Assembly (NCBI GenBank): GCA_951406725.2 | Contig: OX597832.1 | Coordinates: forward strand, 54,064,001 to 54,128,000 | Direction: 5' to 3' | Length of the DNA stretch: 64,000 nt | Source: Octopus vulgaris | Lineage: Eukaryota | Part shown: positions 1 to 15,083 of the stretch, piece after piece | Layout: every line of letters starts with the position of its first letter | Numbering within the stretch: position 1 is the stretch's first letter | Made by a program: the position numbers and the translations under genes | Notes under the pieces: model-generated | Told to the model about the DNA's origin: nothing | What the model saw: only the letters and a program-made list of their open reading frames with translations | The model's database searches: none

Positions 1-1029
1 AGAGTTATCTCCCTTACATTAGAGACTTCCTCACTTCAAAATGAATGTAAACAAGATTAATATAATTTATGTGATATCATGTGTCTCATGACAGGCTAAC
101 TATTGCAGTCTCATATGTTAAGGGTGAATAGAAGAAAGTCTTCCTAAATTTCAAACAAGTATTCTTTTCAACTTTAGGTACAAGGCCCGAAATTTTGGGG
201 AGGGGGCTAGTCGATTAGATTAACCCCAGTATGCAACTGGTACTTAATTTATCGACCCCAAAAGAATGAAAGGCAAAGTCGGCCTCAGTGGAATTTGAAT
301 TCAGAATGCAAAGGCAGACGAAATACCTACTTGTTTACTACCCACAAGGGGCTAAACACAGAGAGGAGAAACAAGGACAGACAAACGGATTAAGTCGATT
401 ATATCAACCCCATACACTTATATACTCGACTCTATAAGTCGCATGAAAGAGGAAGTGAAGTGATGATAATGATGGTGATGAAACTCAAAGATGGCTCTCA
501 TAACAAGAAAAGGGACACCAACTGATGGTAGTGTTCATAATAAAACAGGCAACATTCAGCACATTCCCTTCTGTGCTGGCAGACATCCCCCTCTCTAAAA
601 CCATTTCATTTTGACATCCCATTCTCTCGTTCTCAATATACTCCCTTCCCACCCTTTCTGTGCTACTAGTTGTCTTCAGAAAAATACAGAGGTTGGAGTA
701 AACAAAGTAGTCTTTCGGACAAACTGAGAGTGTGCCAAGCATAGAACCATAATTCCGTACATTTATGAATTCTAGAGAAGAAGAAAGCAGGTTAGATGCG
801 AAATGATAATATGGAACATAGTTGATAGTTGAAATACTTGATCCGGTGAAATATTGATTAAGTAGATTAACCACTGATCCCATCACACTTACCAGAACTA
901 AACACTAATTTGAGGAGAAAAAAACACCCAAAAATATGAGGAAGGTGAGTGGTGACAATGATGGTGTGATGATGATGGCAATGACAGTGATGATAATGAT
1001 TATGATGATAAAAGAAAGTTTACACCTAC

Positions 1030-1118
1030 TGATTTGAAACATTTTTCCGGGGCAATTTCAGCTCCATTTAAAGTCTTCTGTAAAAATATTGGCCATGATG
1101 ATGCATTCATCCGAAAAC
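1030..1118 (-). CDS. Scm: Scm/SCMH1-like Polycomb protein, exon joining MBT repeat 1 to repeat 2 ((G)FRMNASSWPIFLQKTLNGAEIAPEKCFKS)
   Basis: Minus strand has a cag| acceptor and |gtaggt donor. The 89 nt exon is phase 1 to 0 and joins exon 3246-3480 in frame. The peptide matches the SCMH1 segment FRLNASSWPMFLLKTLNGAEMAP. The gene continues beyond position 1. Confidence 0.93.
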
Positions 1119-1427
1119 CTGTTTTCACAGACAAAAAATATCAATGACAGATTTTAGGATTTAATCCACCTGTGCACCCACCACACAGATAACAAAAAAG
1201 TAAATACAAAGAAACATTCCAGTTATTAAGCATTTAAAAATAAAAAATTAAAATCACAAATGTGTATTTTGTGTGTGAGAATCTTGATTAATTTTTACAC
1301 AACAAATGTGTAGAAAAATCCATTTTATTGCAACAACTGGATAATGAACTGAAATATCTAATCAGATACAGGATTCTAGTAAATAAAAATTATTTCCTAC
1401 ATATGTAAAAAGCCTACTGGACTAGCA

Positions 1428-1635
1428 CAGGGTACGGTAGAAATATCTTCCACATTTTAACCTTTCACTTATGTGTTGCTAATGAACTTATGCAAGTGCC
1501 AACAATGTTTTCATTTAGCTAATGAACAACTGTAACCCTTTGTTTAAACAACAGTAAAATTAATTTTTCATAAATGTTGTTCCTTTTTCCTTTTGTCAAC
1601 CTTTCAAATGTGGGAGGTATTTCTGCCGCACCCTG
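1428..1635. mobile_element. Tc1/mariner-like MITE
   Basis: TIRs cagggtacggtagaaatatcttccacattt / aaatgtgggaggtatttctgccgcaccctg-ta. Confidence 0.75.
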
Positions 1636-3210
1636 TATATGTTAATGATTCCGGAGAGACATAAGTAAATTTGTCCTCTGTTGGGATTGAAGTCAAAACA
1701 TAAGGACATTCATCTGATGCTCAACTGATTCCACAAAATACATAAAGTATATATTTTTTTTTAAATATCCTCAAAAATAGGATCATTATATCTTGTATAA
1801 TTATATAATTGTAATGATGTGTGGATAATTGAAACAGCCGCAGGAAATAAATTTTTGAAATAACAATGATATTGTCTTTCTTTTCAAACATACACAATGG
1901 TATTAACAACCTTTTCATTAAATACTGATACGTGCTGATCAAGAACATTGCATACAATCTTTTCTACTCTAGACACAAGGCCCAAAATTTTGGGAGAAGG
2001 GAGCCAGTAAATTAGATCGACCCCAGTATGCAACTGGTACTTAATTTATCCACCCCAAAACGATGAAAGACAAAGTTGACCTTGGTGGAATTTGAACTCA
2101 GAACGTAAAAACAGACGAAATACTACTAAGCATTTCACCCAGCATGCTAAAGTTTCTGCCAGCTCACTGCCTTAAAGAATCTTTTCTACTATAGGCACAA
2201 GGCCTGAAATTTTTGGGGAGGGGCCAGTCAATTAGATAGATTCCAGTATGCAGCTGGTACTTAATTTATCAACACCCGAAAAGAAGAAAGACAAAGAGAA
2301 GGATAGAATAAGTACTAGGCTTACAAAGAATAAGTCCCAGGGTCAATTTGCTCGACTAAAGGCGGTGCTCCAGCATGACCGTAGTCAAATGACTGAAACA
2401 AGTAAAAGAGTATACTTCATCAAATATCTCTTTACGGCGCTAAAAATCAAATACTTTTAGTGATGGATTTGAAAAACGTACCGAGAGGAGATACTTGAAA
2501 AGTATTGCAGCAGCAGAAAATATCAATATTTTTTCATGAATTACTGGCACTTCTCTGTGTTCAATGACGAGAGTCTCAATTGATCCAATCAATGGACCAA
2601 CCTGTTCATGAAATTAACGTGCAAGTGACAGCATGCTACAGACATGAGTACCCTTAACATAGTTCTCAGGGAGATTTAGTGAGACACAGAATGTGACAAT
2701 GCCGGCCTCTTTGGATTACAGGTGCAATTCATTTTTGGCAGCTGAGTCTACTGGAGCAAAGTAAAATAAAGTGTATTGCTCAAGGACACAACACGCCACT
2801 GGGAATCGAACTTGCGACCTTACAAACGAAAACCGAATACACTAACCACTAAACCACATGCCTTCACCTTATTTTGGTGAATCAATGGAAATTGTAGCTG
2901 TGATACCAGTGCCGGTGGTACATAAGAGAACCATCCGAACATGGCCGTTGCCAGCGCCGCCCTGACTGGCTTCCATGCCGGTGGCACGTAAAAAGCACCC
3001 ACTACACACATGGAGTGGTTGGCATTAGGAAGGGCATCCAGCTGTAGAAACACTGCCAAATCAGACTGAGCCTGGTGCAGCCCTCTGGCTTCCCAGACCC
3101 TAGTTGCACTGTCCAACCCATGCCAGCATGGAAAGCGGACGCTAAACGATGATGATGATGATGAATTAACATCGTTATAGGAATGGCAATGAAATTTAAT
3201 TATAGAGTCA

Positions 3211-3876
<666 letters not shown>

Positions 3877-5467
3877 TTAAATATAAATCGGAGATGTACT
3901 TTCATAGCAAGTGACCTGATCTGAGATTGTGTGCTGGAACGAAAACAATTGCAGCATGGAAGGTGCTTATAAGCCATTTAAATATAAATATAAATCAAAT
4001 TGTAGTTAAATGAATTAAAATTTTGTGCCAAAACCAGAAAACCAAATGAATAAAAATTTTGATTGCAAAAGCAAAATGAAGAGAACTTAAAGAATATTCT
4101 TTAAAAAAAAAAACACCATTTCAGCATGGCCGTTGCCAATGCCGCACAACTGGCCCTTGTGCCGGTGGCATGTAAAAGCACCCACAGCACTATTGGAGTG
4201 GTTGGCGTTAAGAAGGGCATACAGCTGTAGAAACCCTGCCAGATCAGATTGGAGCGTGGTGCAGCCATCTGGTTCGCCAGTCCTCAGTCAAAAATCCGAC
4301 CCATGCTAGCATGGAAAGTGGACATTAAATGATGATGATGATGACTCCAGGCACAAGGCCCAAGATTTGGGGGGAGGGGGGTCAGTTGATTAGATCGACC
4401 CCAATACGCAACTGGTACTTAATTTATCGACCCTGAAAGGACGAAAGGCAAAATTGACCTTGGAGGTATTTGAACTCAGAACGTAAAGACAGATGAAATA
4501 CCGCTAAGCATTTCATTGGATGTGCTAACGTTTCTGCCAGCTCGCCGTCTTGGACTTAAAGGATATTATCATGAGCAATATCGTTGCAATAATATTATTA
4601 GTAATACGAACATTAACAATATTACCGTTAATAATATTCTTGTTAGTGACATTGTAACTAGTAATATTATTGTTAGTCATATTAATTTCAAATTTTGGCA
4701 CAAAGCCAGCAATTTCAAGGGGAGGAAGTAAATCAATTACATCGACCCTAGTACGCAACTGGTACTTATTTTATCAACCTCGAAAGTATGAAAGGCAAAG
4801 TTGACCTCGGTGGAATTTGTACTCAGAATGTAAAGACACATTCAGTAAGCATTTAACCCGACGTGCTAACCATTCTGCCACTTCACTGCCTTATTATTGT
4901 TAGTAATATCCCCATTAATAATATCATTATTAGCAATATTAAGATTAATAATAATATCATCTTATATAATATTGTTAGTAATGATATCATTTGTGGAGGC
5001 ACTTGGCTTAGTGGTTAGGGTGTCAGCATCATGATTATAAGATTGTGGTTTTTATTCCTGGATTGGGTAACACATTGTGTTCTTGAGCAAAGCACTTCAT
5101 TTCACGTTGCTCCAGTCCACTCAGCTGGCAAAAATGAGTAACGCTGCGATGGACTGGCATCCCATCCAGTTGGGGAACACATACACCATTGAAACAGGGA
5201 AACCAGGCCCATGAGCCTGGCTAGGCTTGAAAAGGGTGCATTTATTTATTTTAATGATATCATTTGTAACATTGTTTTGAAATTTTGGTACAAGGCCAGA
5301 AATTTCAGTGGGACGGGGTAAGTTGATTACATCAACCCCAGTGTCCAGCTGGTATATCTTTTATTGAGCCCCTGGTGGCATTTGAACTCAGAATATAAAG
5401 TCGACAGAAATACCGTGAAGCGTTTTCCCTGGCCCAGTAACAAATCTGCTAGCCTGCCACCTTGGTA

Positions 5468-5766
5468 TCTTTATATATAAAACTGAAGTTGTGTGTGTAA
5501 GAGTCTGTCTACTCCGATTTAGATTCCTAACTACTCCCACATTTTGCAGTGCAGTTTAACCAAAAGTGGGTATCTTATAGCCGTGATTCATATCGAGCCC
5601 TTCTGGGTATTAGCGCGCGTCTACGATGAGTCTACGATTTAAAAAAAAATTTACCATCATTTTTTCGTTTTTTTAATGCATTTTTACTCGGTTTTATATA
5701 AGGGAAGTAACTCTCTAAAAATGCTTATATAGTTATTTCCCTTACAAACCCGGGCGATACTGCCAG
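5468..5766 (+). mobile_element. Non-autonomous Helitron (same family as 3570)
   Basis: Near-identical to 3570-3876, with a small deletion in the 3' hairpin; ends ccag|t. Confidence 0.85.
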
Positions 5767-5843
5767 TCATTACTAAAATCAATTAGTAATACTATCGTTA
5801 GTTATTGTTAGTAATATTATTACCATTAGTAAAATAATCTTAC

Positions 5844-5914
5844 TTGTTTAAAACAAGATGCAGGTGCTGCTTGTGAACCAGTTTCTTTCATGTAATCTTC
5901 CCAATTGAATGTCC
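5844..5914 (-). CDS. Scm: Scm/SCMH1-like exon, start of MBT repeat 1 ((G)TFNWEDYMKETGSQAAPASCFKQ)
   Basis: ttccag| acceptor, |gtaaga donor, 71 nt, phase 1 to 0. Matches the SCMH1 segment FTWDKYLKETCSVPAPVHCFKQ. Confidence 0.93.
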
Positions 5915-7631
5915 CTGGAATTGAAAGATAGAAATATTTATTCAAAATGACATCAACACTTCATCAAATTTTTACATACTTCAAGCTGATTGAAATCCAC
6001 CTGTCATACACAACCACCACATTACACAAGGTCAGATGGTAATCGTTTTTGTCTCTACGTTTCTTATAATACATTCTTTACATTACAATAACTGTTGGAC
6101 ATTTTGAGTCTGTAAGGCAACCACAGAGAGTTCTAACAACTTAGTGTATTCTACCATATTATTCCATTAAATCATCATCATCATTGCTTAACATCCGCTT
6201 TCCATGCTAGCATGGGTTGGACGATTTGACTGAGGACTGGCAAACCAGATGACTGCACCAGGCTCCAATCTGATCTGGCAGAGTTTCTACAGCTGGATGC
6301 CCTTCCTAATGCCAACCACTCCATAAGTGTAGTGGGTGCTTTTACGTGCCACCGGCACGAAGGCCAGTCAGACAGCAATTCTTTTACCTCTTTCAGTCAT
6401 TTGACTGCAGCCATGCTGGAGCACTGCCTTTAATCAAACAATTTGACCCGAGGACTTATTCTTTGTAAGCCTAGCACTTCTATCAGTCTCTATTGACAAA
6501 CCGCTAAGTTACGGTGACGTAAACACACCAGTTGTCAAGCGATGTTGGGGGACAAACACAAACACACAAACATATACACACACACACACACATATATACG
6601 ACGGGCTTCTTTCAGTTTCTCTCAACTAAATCCACTCACAAGACTTTGGTCGGCCTGAGGCTATAATAGAAGACACTTGCCCAAGGTGCCACGCAATGGG
6701 ACTGAACCCAGAACCGTGTGGTTGGTAAGCAAGCTACTTACCACACAGCCACTCCTACACCTATATCTGTAAACATAAATACGAGTGAGTAGACAAACGA
6801 AAGATAAGAACACTTAACACATTTAGTAGGAGTTACATGTATTATTTAAAAGAGTTTGATTTGGCACCATGCGACTTAAAGTTTCTTGGGCCCCTAACAG
6901 AAGCCTGTCTCAGTAATCTAAAGCTCGAAAGAGATGGGCCCATAAAACTAAGTTGCATGGAACCAGATCAAACAGTTTTAAATAATGAGTGTGTGAGTGT
7001 GTGTACACATTCACACACCAAATCTACTCACAGGGCTTTGGTTAGCCTGGGGCTATTGCAGAAAGCATTTGCTGCGCAGTAGGACTGAACCCAAAACCAT
7101 ATAACTGGGAAGCAAACTTGTTAACCTCACAGCCACACCTGCATCCTATTGTAATCAATACAAATATTTAATACACGTCAATTTATGCTAACTTATTCAT
7201 TAACACATCACCAATTCCCAATTTTGTTTGGTTTTTCAGGTAGATTAGCTGAGTTGAATTTTTTCTTTTTCTTTTCTTTTAATGCAAATCATAATCCAAA
7301 TGTTGAGTTAGGACTGAATGAGTACAACTGTGAAAATAAGTGCCGAAAATGGGGTCCCTCCAGGTTGAACTGCTACTTCTCTACACTGAAAGGTCAAAGT
7401 TCCAGTAAATGGATTCTTTGAGCCAAGCCAACAACTGCAGGAGACCTAGCAGTAGACCAAGAACGTGATGGTTGGATAATCCAAACAGGTGAGGATTGAT
7501 GACAGGAAAGGCATCCAGATATAGACAATGACTCAATGAATTCCATCTAATCTATGCAAGCACGCATATACGAACATTATAGACAGATAGCTATATAATA
7601 TATACATAAGTACACACACAAGCATTAACAT

Positions 7632-7664
<33 letters not shown>

Positions 7665-7687
7665 CACACACACACATACACGTATAT

Positions 7688-7737
<50 letters not shown>

Positions 7738-8889
7738 AGAAATTAAAAAAGGAAAATACGCACACTTACACAGTTTTAATATAATTTTTAATATATCGAC
7801 TGGTTTCGCTGTCGCTATTCATGATATTATGTTTTACTTATTTGAATATGTGTATTTTTTCTTAAGAAGAAATTTTGTCCATGTTGTGTGTGATACACAA
7901 ATATAAACCTTTCTATTATAAGCACAAGGCTCTGAAACTTCAGGGGAGAGGTGCCAATTGATCGGATCGACCCCAGTATGTAACTGGTACTTAATTTATT
8001 GACCCTGAAGGGATGAAAAGCAAAGTTGACCTTGGCGGAATTTGGACTCAGAACATAGTGGCAGACGAAATACCGCTAAGCATTTTGCCTGGCATGCTAA
8101 CGATTCTGCCAGCTAGCTGCCTTACATACACAAATATACTGTAGAGGAATTGTGACGACTAGAAAATAGAGTAAGCATGATTCACTGGGTGTGGTGCAAA
8201 ATCAGTGTATATATACGACAAAGTGGAAATGTGTTGAGAGGGAAACTGAAAAGAAGAACAATCAGATGTAATGAGCAAGAGAGAAGACTGCACTGATGGG
8301 CACGTGATACGTATGGATGAAGACAGCTGTATAAAGAAGTATCGCTAGCTCAATGTGGATGGAGTTTGTAGAAGAATGGAAACCCAGGAAGACATGGAAT
8401 GAAGTGATGAATGCTCTCTCGAGACTTTGAACCTCAGAGTAAATAACCATGTGTACTCTTTACTCTTTTACTTGCTTCAGTCATTTGACTAAGGCCATGC
8501 TCGAGCGCTGCCTTTAGTCAAGCAAATTGACCCCAGGACTTATTCTTTGGAAGCCTAGTACTTATTCTATCGGTCTCTTTTGCTGAACCGCTAAGTGATG
8601 GGGGACGTAAACATGCCAGCATTGGTTGTCAAGCGATGTTGGAGGGGACAAACATATACACACACACATGCATACATACATATATACTACGGGATTCTTT
8701 CAGTTTCCATCTACCAAATCCACTCACAAGGCTTTGGTCGGCCCGAAGCTATAGTAGAAGACACTTAGTGTCACGCAGTGGGACTGAACCCGGAACCATG
8801 TGGTTCGTAAGCAAGCTACTTACCACACAGCCACTCCTACATTTTTAGTTATTTTGGTCTGGTAAGTGTTGTCTCCTAATTGCTTCTAT

Positions 8890-9178
8890 CTAGAAATCAA
8901 AGGAAATGGCTACTATTCCCTTCAAATTTTGCTTTTGTGACCTGGACATCAATGTCTTGAAACTGACCAATTTTCCATTACATTGCAGAGATTCAGCACT
9001 GAATTGCTGAAGCAGAATTTTCTAGAAGTTTCTAAATGTTTCGAGAATTTCTGGAACGTTCTGGAAACACAGATGGCAGTATAAGTACAGGGATCATAAG
9101 CTCAACCGTTTAGTTTACTTCTTAATATAACAAAAGCAAAGTCTGAAAGAGATATTGGCCATTTTTCCTACCTTCTAG
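8890..9178. mobile_element. Old MITE with ~50 bp imperfect TIRs
   Basis: ctagaa...aaatggctactattcccttcaaattttgcttttgt / acaaaagcaaagtctgaaagagatattggccattt...ttctag. Confidence 0.55.
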
Positions 9179-10868
9179 GGGTATGTAAATAGTAACCTAC
9201 TTGCTACACAAGGACAAAAACCATGTTAGTGTAACTGAGCATGATGACTGACAATACAATGCTTAAGAACTGTATTGCTTGCTTGCGAAGACCTGTTGAG
9301 GAAATTCGATGACTCGCATCCATGCTAGTGGAGCGCTAAGAGCACCATCCGAGCGTGATCGTTGCCAGAGCAGCTAACTGGCTTCCATGCTGGTGGCACA
9401 TAAAAATCACCATTCATGCGTGATGTTACCAGCATTGCCTTACTGGCACTTGAAAAAAACATTTGAGCGAGGTCGTTGCCAGTGCTGCTGGACTGGCTCC
9501 TGTACAGGTGGCACGTAAAAAACACCATTTGAGCGTGGCCATTGCAAGTACTACCTGACTGGCCCTCGTGCAGGTGGCACGTAAAAACACCCACTACTCT
9601 CTCGGAGTGGTTGGCGTTAGGAAGGGCATCTAGCTGTAGAAACTCTGCCAGATCAGACTGGAGCCTGGTGCAGCCATCTGGTTCGCCAGCCCTCAGTCAA
9701 ATCGTCCAACCCATGCTAGCATGGAAAATGGACGTTAAATGATGATGGTGATGATGAAGACCTACCCGTATTAATGAGACATGTCCTGGAAGCACATTGT
9801 GTATATACCTAACTGGACCCTTTACCCAATTTGCTTGTCACCCCCTATCCCCCCACCCACCCACCCACCATCACATATCTCTACTACTAAATCCTCTATT
9901 ATTTGCCTAACTATAATATTCTGCTACTGTAATTAAATAGGACTACCTATTTTATCATTTTTCTGTGACACCAGTTATCTTCCAGACTACTTTGACCTAC
10001 TTCATTTGACATTCGTTCGTCATCCCTTCCCACTCATATTTCACATTACTCACCCTTTTGTGTTACCAAACAATCTCTTCTCTGAACCCGGCTTCCTATG
10101 GACTTCTCCCTTGGCCATCTTGCCCCACACTCTTGCAAACTGCCTACCTACATGCCATTTCCCTTTCCCACATTCTTACTCTGTCAACTGTATTGTTATT
10201 ACTATTCTGCTGATCTTCACCCCTTTCTGTACTGACAGACATCACCTACTCTCCCTTATATTCCCTCCAATTCATATGTATCATTGATCATTCCCTCTAC
10301 TTCACCCAATCTCCAGTCAGCATCTAGTCTTTTCTACCTTCCTTCAAATTCGTATCTATCACTGACTATTCCTCTTCCCTTGTTTATCTCAGAATTTGTA
10401 ACCATCCCTTCCCATGCACTCTTGCAACCCTTTTTGTTCTGCCCCCATTCACTTTTACTCCCCTTTTTTTGTAACTTGGGGACCCACCCTGTTACCTCGT
10501 TACCATTATTTTCATCTCTTTTCTCAGCTCCACTTCAATTAATCTTATCCAATCTTGTATAAGGTAGGGCAGCCACAGATCATCTCTACAGCTAGAAATT
10601 TCCTACCTACCTTTTTGCACAATGCTAAGGGAAGTAATTCAAGTGAACAAAGATGCAGAGAAAGAGAGAGAAAGAAATAGAGAGACAAATGAATGAGAAA
10701 AAGGGTAAAAATGATATAAAAATTTAAACACAAAGAAGGAAGAACAGTAGAAAGAATACCAGAATGTACCAAAGTTTGTGACATCACTGCATCTTTAGTT
10801 ATCTCATTCTCTCTCTTTGCATTCTTTGCAGTGTTTTCAAATTATTTCTTGGAATGTAAAATAATTAT

Positions 10869-11240
10869 TCGTGATGTATATTTGCCATTTAAATATGACT
10901 ATCCCCTAAGGGTGGATGCTACTGTAGTCTGTAGCCCCAGGAGGACACCTCCTCCAGCTAGCTTTAGACACACTTTCTGTGCCCTATCAGTATTTGCAAA
11001 GGGAAGCCATCCTTCCTGTCTTCAACTTATGATACACATGGACTAGAGTTTCTGGGTATTCTCGAGTCCGTGTGTATCATAAGTTGAAGACGGGAAGGAT
11101 GGCTTCTCTTTGCAAATACTGATAGGGCACAGAAAGTGTGTCTAAAGCCAGCTGGAAGAGGTGTCCTCCTGGGGCTACAAACTACAGTAGCATCCACCCT
11201 TAGGGGTTAGCCATATTTAAATGGCAAATATACGTCACGA
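10869..11240. repeat. Near-perfect inverted repeat (180-bp arms, 12-nt loop)
   Basis: 10869-11048 is the reverse complement of 11061-11240, with scattered, mostly transition, mismatches. Confidence 0.95.
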
Positions 11241-14200
11241 TGTGTTGCAGCTACTGTTTATAACTTGCTCTAAGATTTATTATTAAAATAATTATTCCTT
11301 AACAAAAACAGTAAAAAGTACTAAGATCTGAATTTATTTACATCAGTATAAAAATTTATCCCTATAGCATTCAATGCTTATTTATTTACATTGTTTTATA
11401 TTTTATCATGCATTATCTCATAGCTTCGTGATTTCAATAATGTGATTGTTTATATTTTGTAGGATAATGCAAGGAGGTAGGTGGGAGAGGTCAAATCTGG
11501 CCAGTTTGGCCCTTTTATATTCAGATTACTTTCTCAAAAGAGATGCTTATTTATTCACATTAATTCGAATTACTCAGGCATCGTCCTGTACCTTTAAGAT
11601 TTCAAAGATGTGATAGTATGTTTTTAGAATGACATTGTAGGGTAGGTGAGAGAGGCCAGAGCTGGCCAGCTTGACCATAAAACAGGTATAATATTTGGCC
11701 GGTTTAAATGCTAAAGGGTTAAATGGTAGAGAAAGGCTGTAAAGAAGTGTTTGAAACAATGGTAAAATTGGAAAGATATTTGAGGAAAATGAAATAAAGA
11801 TGTGCTGTGAACAGATGGCAGATAATTATAAAAACAAAGTAGACATGACAAAACCCATTTAAGATTGGATTAGAATGTAAGTATATGGAAAATATGGGAA
11901 TATTAAAATAATGCTTAACGGTAAAGTTAGGTGTCATACCTTCAAAATAAGGACAATGAGTCATTGAGTGTAACAATAAAGATCTAGGTTTTTGCTAGTT
12001 TTATTTAAGGGATATCAGGATTTTTTTTTTTAGTAAATGTACATTGTACTGCATAAAAAATATTTTCTCATGCCATAATAACAAAACAACAATACATTCA
12101 AAGCCAAATATGTTCTTATTATGTAAACTAGAGGCTGTTTGAAAGCTAATTTTATTCAGATTGCAAATAAAGAAAATATATAACAATTTTAAAGTGAACA
12201 AGCATATGTGTGTGTGTGTGTGCATGTGTTTTGTGTGTGTTTGTGTGTGCAAGGAGTATAAGTGCATGTGATATATATTTGAGAGATATTTACTCATAAA
12301 CATAAAGGTGTAGATTATTATGTAATAGTGCAAGATTTACTTCCCTAAACTAGTTTTCAAAAACAAACAAAAAAAAAACATCCTTGACCAAGGCCAGCAC
12401 CAAAAGCCAAAACCATTTCTGATTTAACTGTGATGCAACACACATAAATTCTAACTACAAGTAAAGAGTTTCTAAAAGCATTTACAAGCAACTTTCCTCT
12501 CACTCAAACACAATAAAAAATTGATCAAATACTTAAAAATATGTATATCATTTATCATCATCATTTAATATCCATTTCCTATGCTGGCAATTGAGCACTT
12601 TATTCTAGGACTCCCTGTATTTATTCAACAGGAAAGGATAATGTAAGACTTTCTTTCATATCAATTTCTCATACAAAGAAGACAAATGAAAAGATACTCC
12701 TTGATTCTAAATTTTTTCATTTAAAATGGCTTAGTCGTGTCCTTACAAAAGACGAAGCTGAGAGGAATTTCAGAAGTGAGACTAAACTCTTTGTAGTATT
12801 TTAGTTTCATTCCTCTACGCCCAGTATTGACAGATAAAGCACCAGGGATGTCTGACCTCAACTCTCAAGCAACTATTTCCTGTTAATGTTCAACCTTGTG
12901 CTAATGTCAGGATTCATTAAGTCATTAGACAAACAATATAGCAAAAAAAAAAATCAGATTAATTAAAAAAAAAAAAAAAAGAAAATTACAGCACAACAGA
13001 TTGAATGCAATTAAGTATGAGCAACCAGTTTTAAATGATACAGCTGTTGTATTTATAATTAAGTAACATTAGGGCTGATGACATATTTTGTCTCTGGTCC
13101 AAGGAGTTATTTAAAAAAAAATCTCTCTCTCTCTCTCTCTCTCACACACAAATAGAGCAAATATTGCACAATTGTTTGATTGTTCCTTACTATTTTAGAA
13201 TTCCTTACTGTCAGAAATACAGAAGAGTAAATAATATAAATTGAAGTGGTGAGCTTCATTATGTCCCAGAGTCAGAGTAATTATAAAAATAATAAGGGAA
13301 GAGAAAAAAAAAAGAACAAATTAATCAGAAAATACATTAACAAAATTTCTTAATTTCGTTAATTAAAAAATACATACACAAAATTAAAAATGTTGCAAGT
13401 TAGATATAGTAGACAGGAGCAAGTATGGTGAGTAGTTAATAAGCCTGTTTTTCAATCATGTGCTTTTGGGTTCAACTTCACTGTGTAGCACCTTGGGCAA
13501 GTGTTTTCTATTGTAACCTTGGACTGACCAATGCTTTTGAGTGAAATTTAATAGATGGAAACAGTAAGGAAGCCCATCATATATATATATATATATATAT
13601 AAGAGGGAATTAAGGCACTCAGTATTTGACAAATTTACCATTCAGGTTGTGATTCCTACGAGTAATCACATTAAACTCCCACTTTTGCATGACCCTAAAG
13701 GGTTGTGTGTTATCTGAAAAAGGGGCTATAATGTAATGTAAAGAGCAATTCAATAATGAGAGAAAAGAAAACCATGGGCTTGAACTTGGCACTACGCTAT
13801 CTTTATATGTTACATATGTTTCAGTAGCTAGGATTAATTAATGACGTCACTGATTCGGTCTGATGTGGTGTCTGGTTTTGATTATGCATGCTGCACCTGT
13901 AAGTTGCACCTAGGGATTGCATTCATAGTGTGACATCATTAATTAATTAAACACTGGTTTCTACAAGGCACAAGGCCAGCAATTTCAAAAGGAGGGGTTA
14001 GTTGATTAGCTTGACCTCAGTGCTTGGCTGGTACTTATTTTATCGACCCTGGGAGGATGAAAGGCAAAGTCGGAATTTGAACTCAAAATGTAAAGACAGA
14101 TGAAATGCCTGGCAGACTAACTAATTAATTACCAAATACTGAAACCTATTTAACAGATGTAGTAAAGGAATACCAAGTTCCCACCCATGTTTTTTTCTCT

Positions 14201-15011
14201 CATTGTATATATATATATATATATGCATGTATGTGTGTATATCTATATGCGCCTTTGTACTGACACTGCTTGGAGATGGGCAAAGCAGCAGTGACATTTG
14301 TTTAAGATCCACAATTGGTGAAACAACACACGAAGACCAGAGATTGAAGTAGCTTTCATGAAAACAAGAGTGGGCAGTTTTACACGACCTCAGAGAAATT
14401 TTATTGAACCCAACGTGAAGAAAGCAGATGCAAAAACAACAATGATGATGCTGATAGCTTTTGGGATTTTAACGTCGATCAATCTCAAGAATGCGTAAAA
14501 ATGGTCTCCATACATGCCAGTGCTGCCTTGACTGGCTTTCGTGTCGGTGGCACATAAAAAACACTGTTGCCAGCCTCCTCTGGCCCCTCTGCCGGTGGCA
14601 CATAAAAAGCACCCACTACACTAACGGAGTGGTTGGTGTTAGGAAGGGCATCCAGCTGTAGAAACACTGCCAGATCAGACTGGAGCCTGGTGCAGCCTCC
14701 CGGTTTCCCAGACCCCGGTCAAACCGTCCAACCCATGCTAGCATGGAAAACGGACGTTAAACGATAATAATGATGATTATGATAACACACATGGACACAA
14801 GCTCACACGCTTGCATACATACACATGCAAATGTTGGCTATTAAACAGAAGTTATAATTTCCTTAACTGTTCTTCAGATATACGTATATTTTTTTTTGTT
14901 GTATCCTAGTGCTTTTGTGATTAAATAAACTACAAGAATGAACAAATATCATTCAGTACTGAAGCTAATATTAAGAATGTGAACAAACTTGCTTCTTATA
15001 CCAATACTAAC

Positions 15012-15083
15012 CTGGATAGTCATATTGATATGACGAGCCCTTTGAACTCGATGACATTGTCGATTCCTCACAGTTGTAAGCAA
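15012..15083 (-). CDS. Scm: Probable Scm N-terminal exon ((V)AYNCEESTMSSSSKGSSYQYDYP); internal ATG at 15057
   Basis: ttttcag| acceptor and cag|gttagt donor. It is a 72 nt symmetric phase 1-1 exon, open in the frame that joins exon 5844-5914. No homology support recalled. Confidence 0.65.

Noticed and set aside
485-886. 133-aa minus-strand ORF in the Scm intron
   Set aside because: No resemblance to the expected next MBT exon (EP...MKLEAVDRKNP) or to any family I recognise, and no convincing splice sites.
2820-3116. ORFs containing FLQLDALPNANH / GAFYVPPA, repeated many times in the ORF track
   Set aside because: Antisense translations of the RTE 3' UTR repeat, not a protein family.
9830-10630. 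Hydrophobic 92-93 aa ORFs in a C/T-rich block
   Set aside because: Compositional bias from a decayed pyrimidine-rich repeat; no domain or splice support.
14250-14510. Coding-like unique segment (e.g. NDDADSFWDFNVDQSQEC on +)
   Set aside because: Short, interrupted by stops, antisense to Scm and not assignable. It may be a transposon remnant, but I cannot support that.
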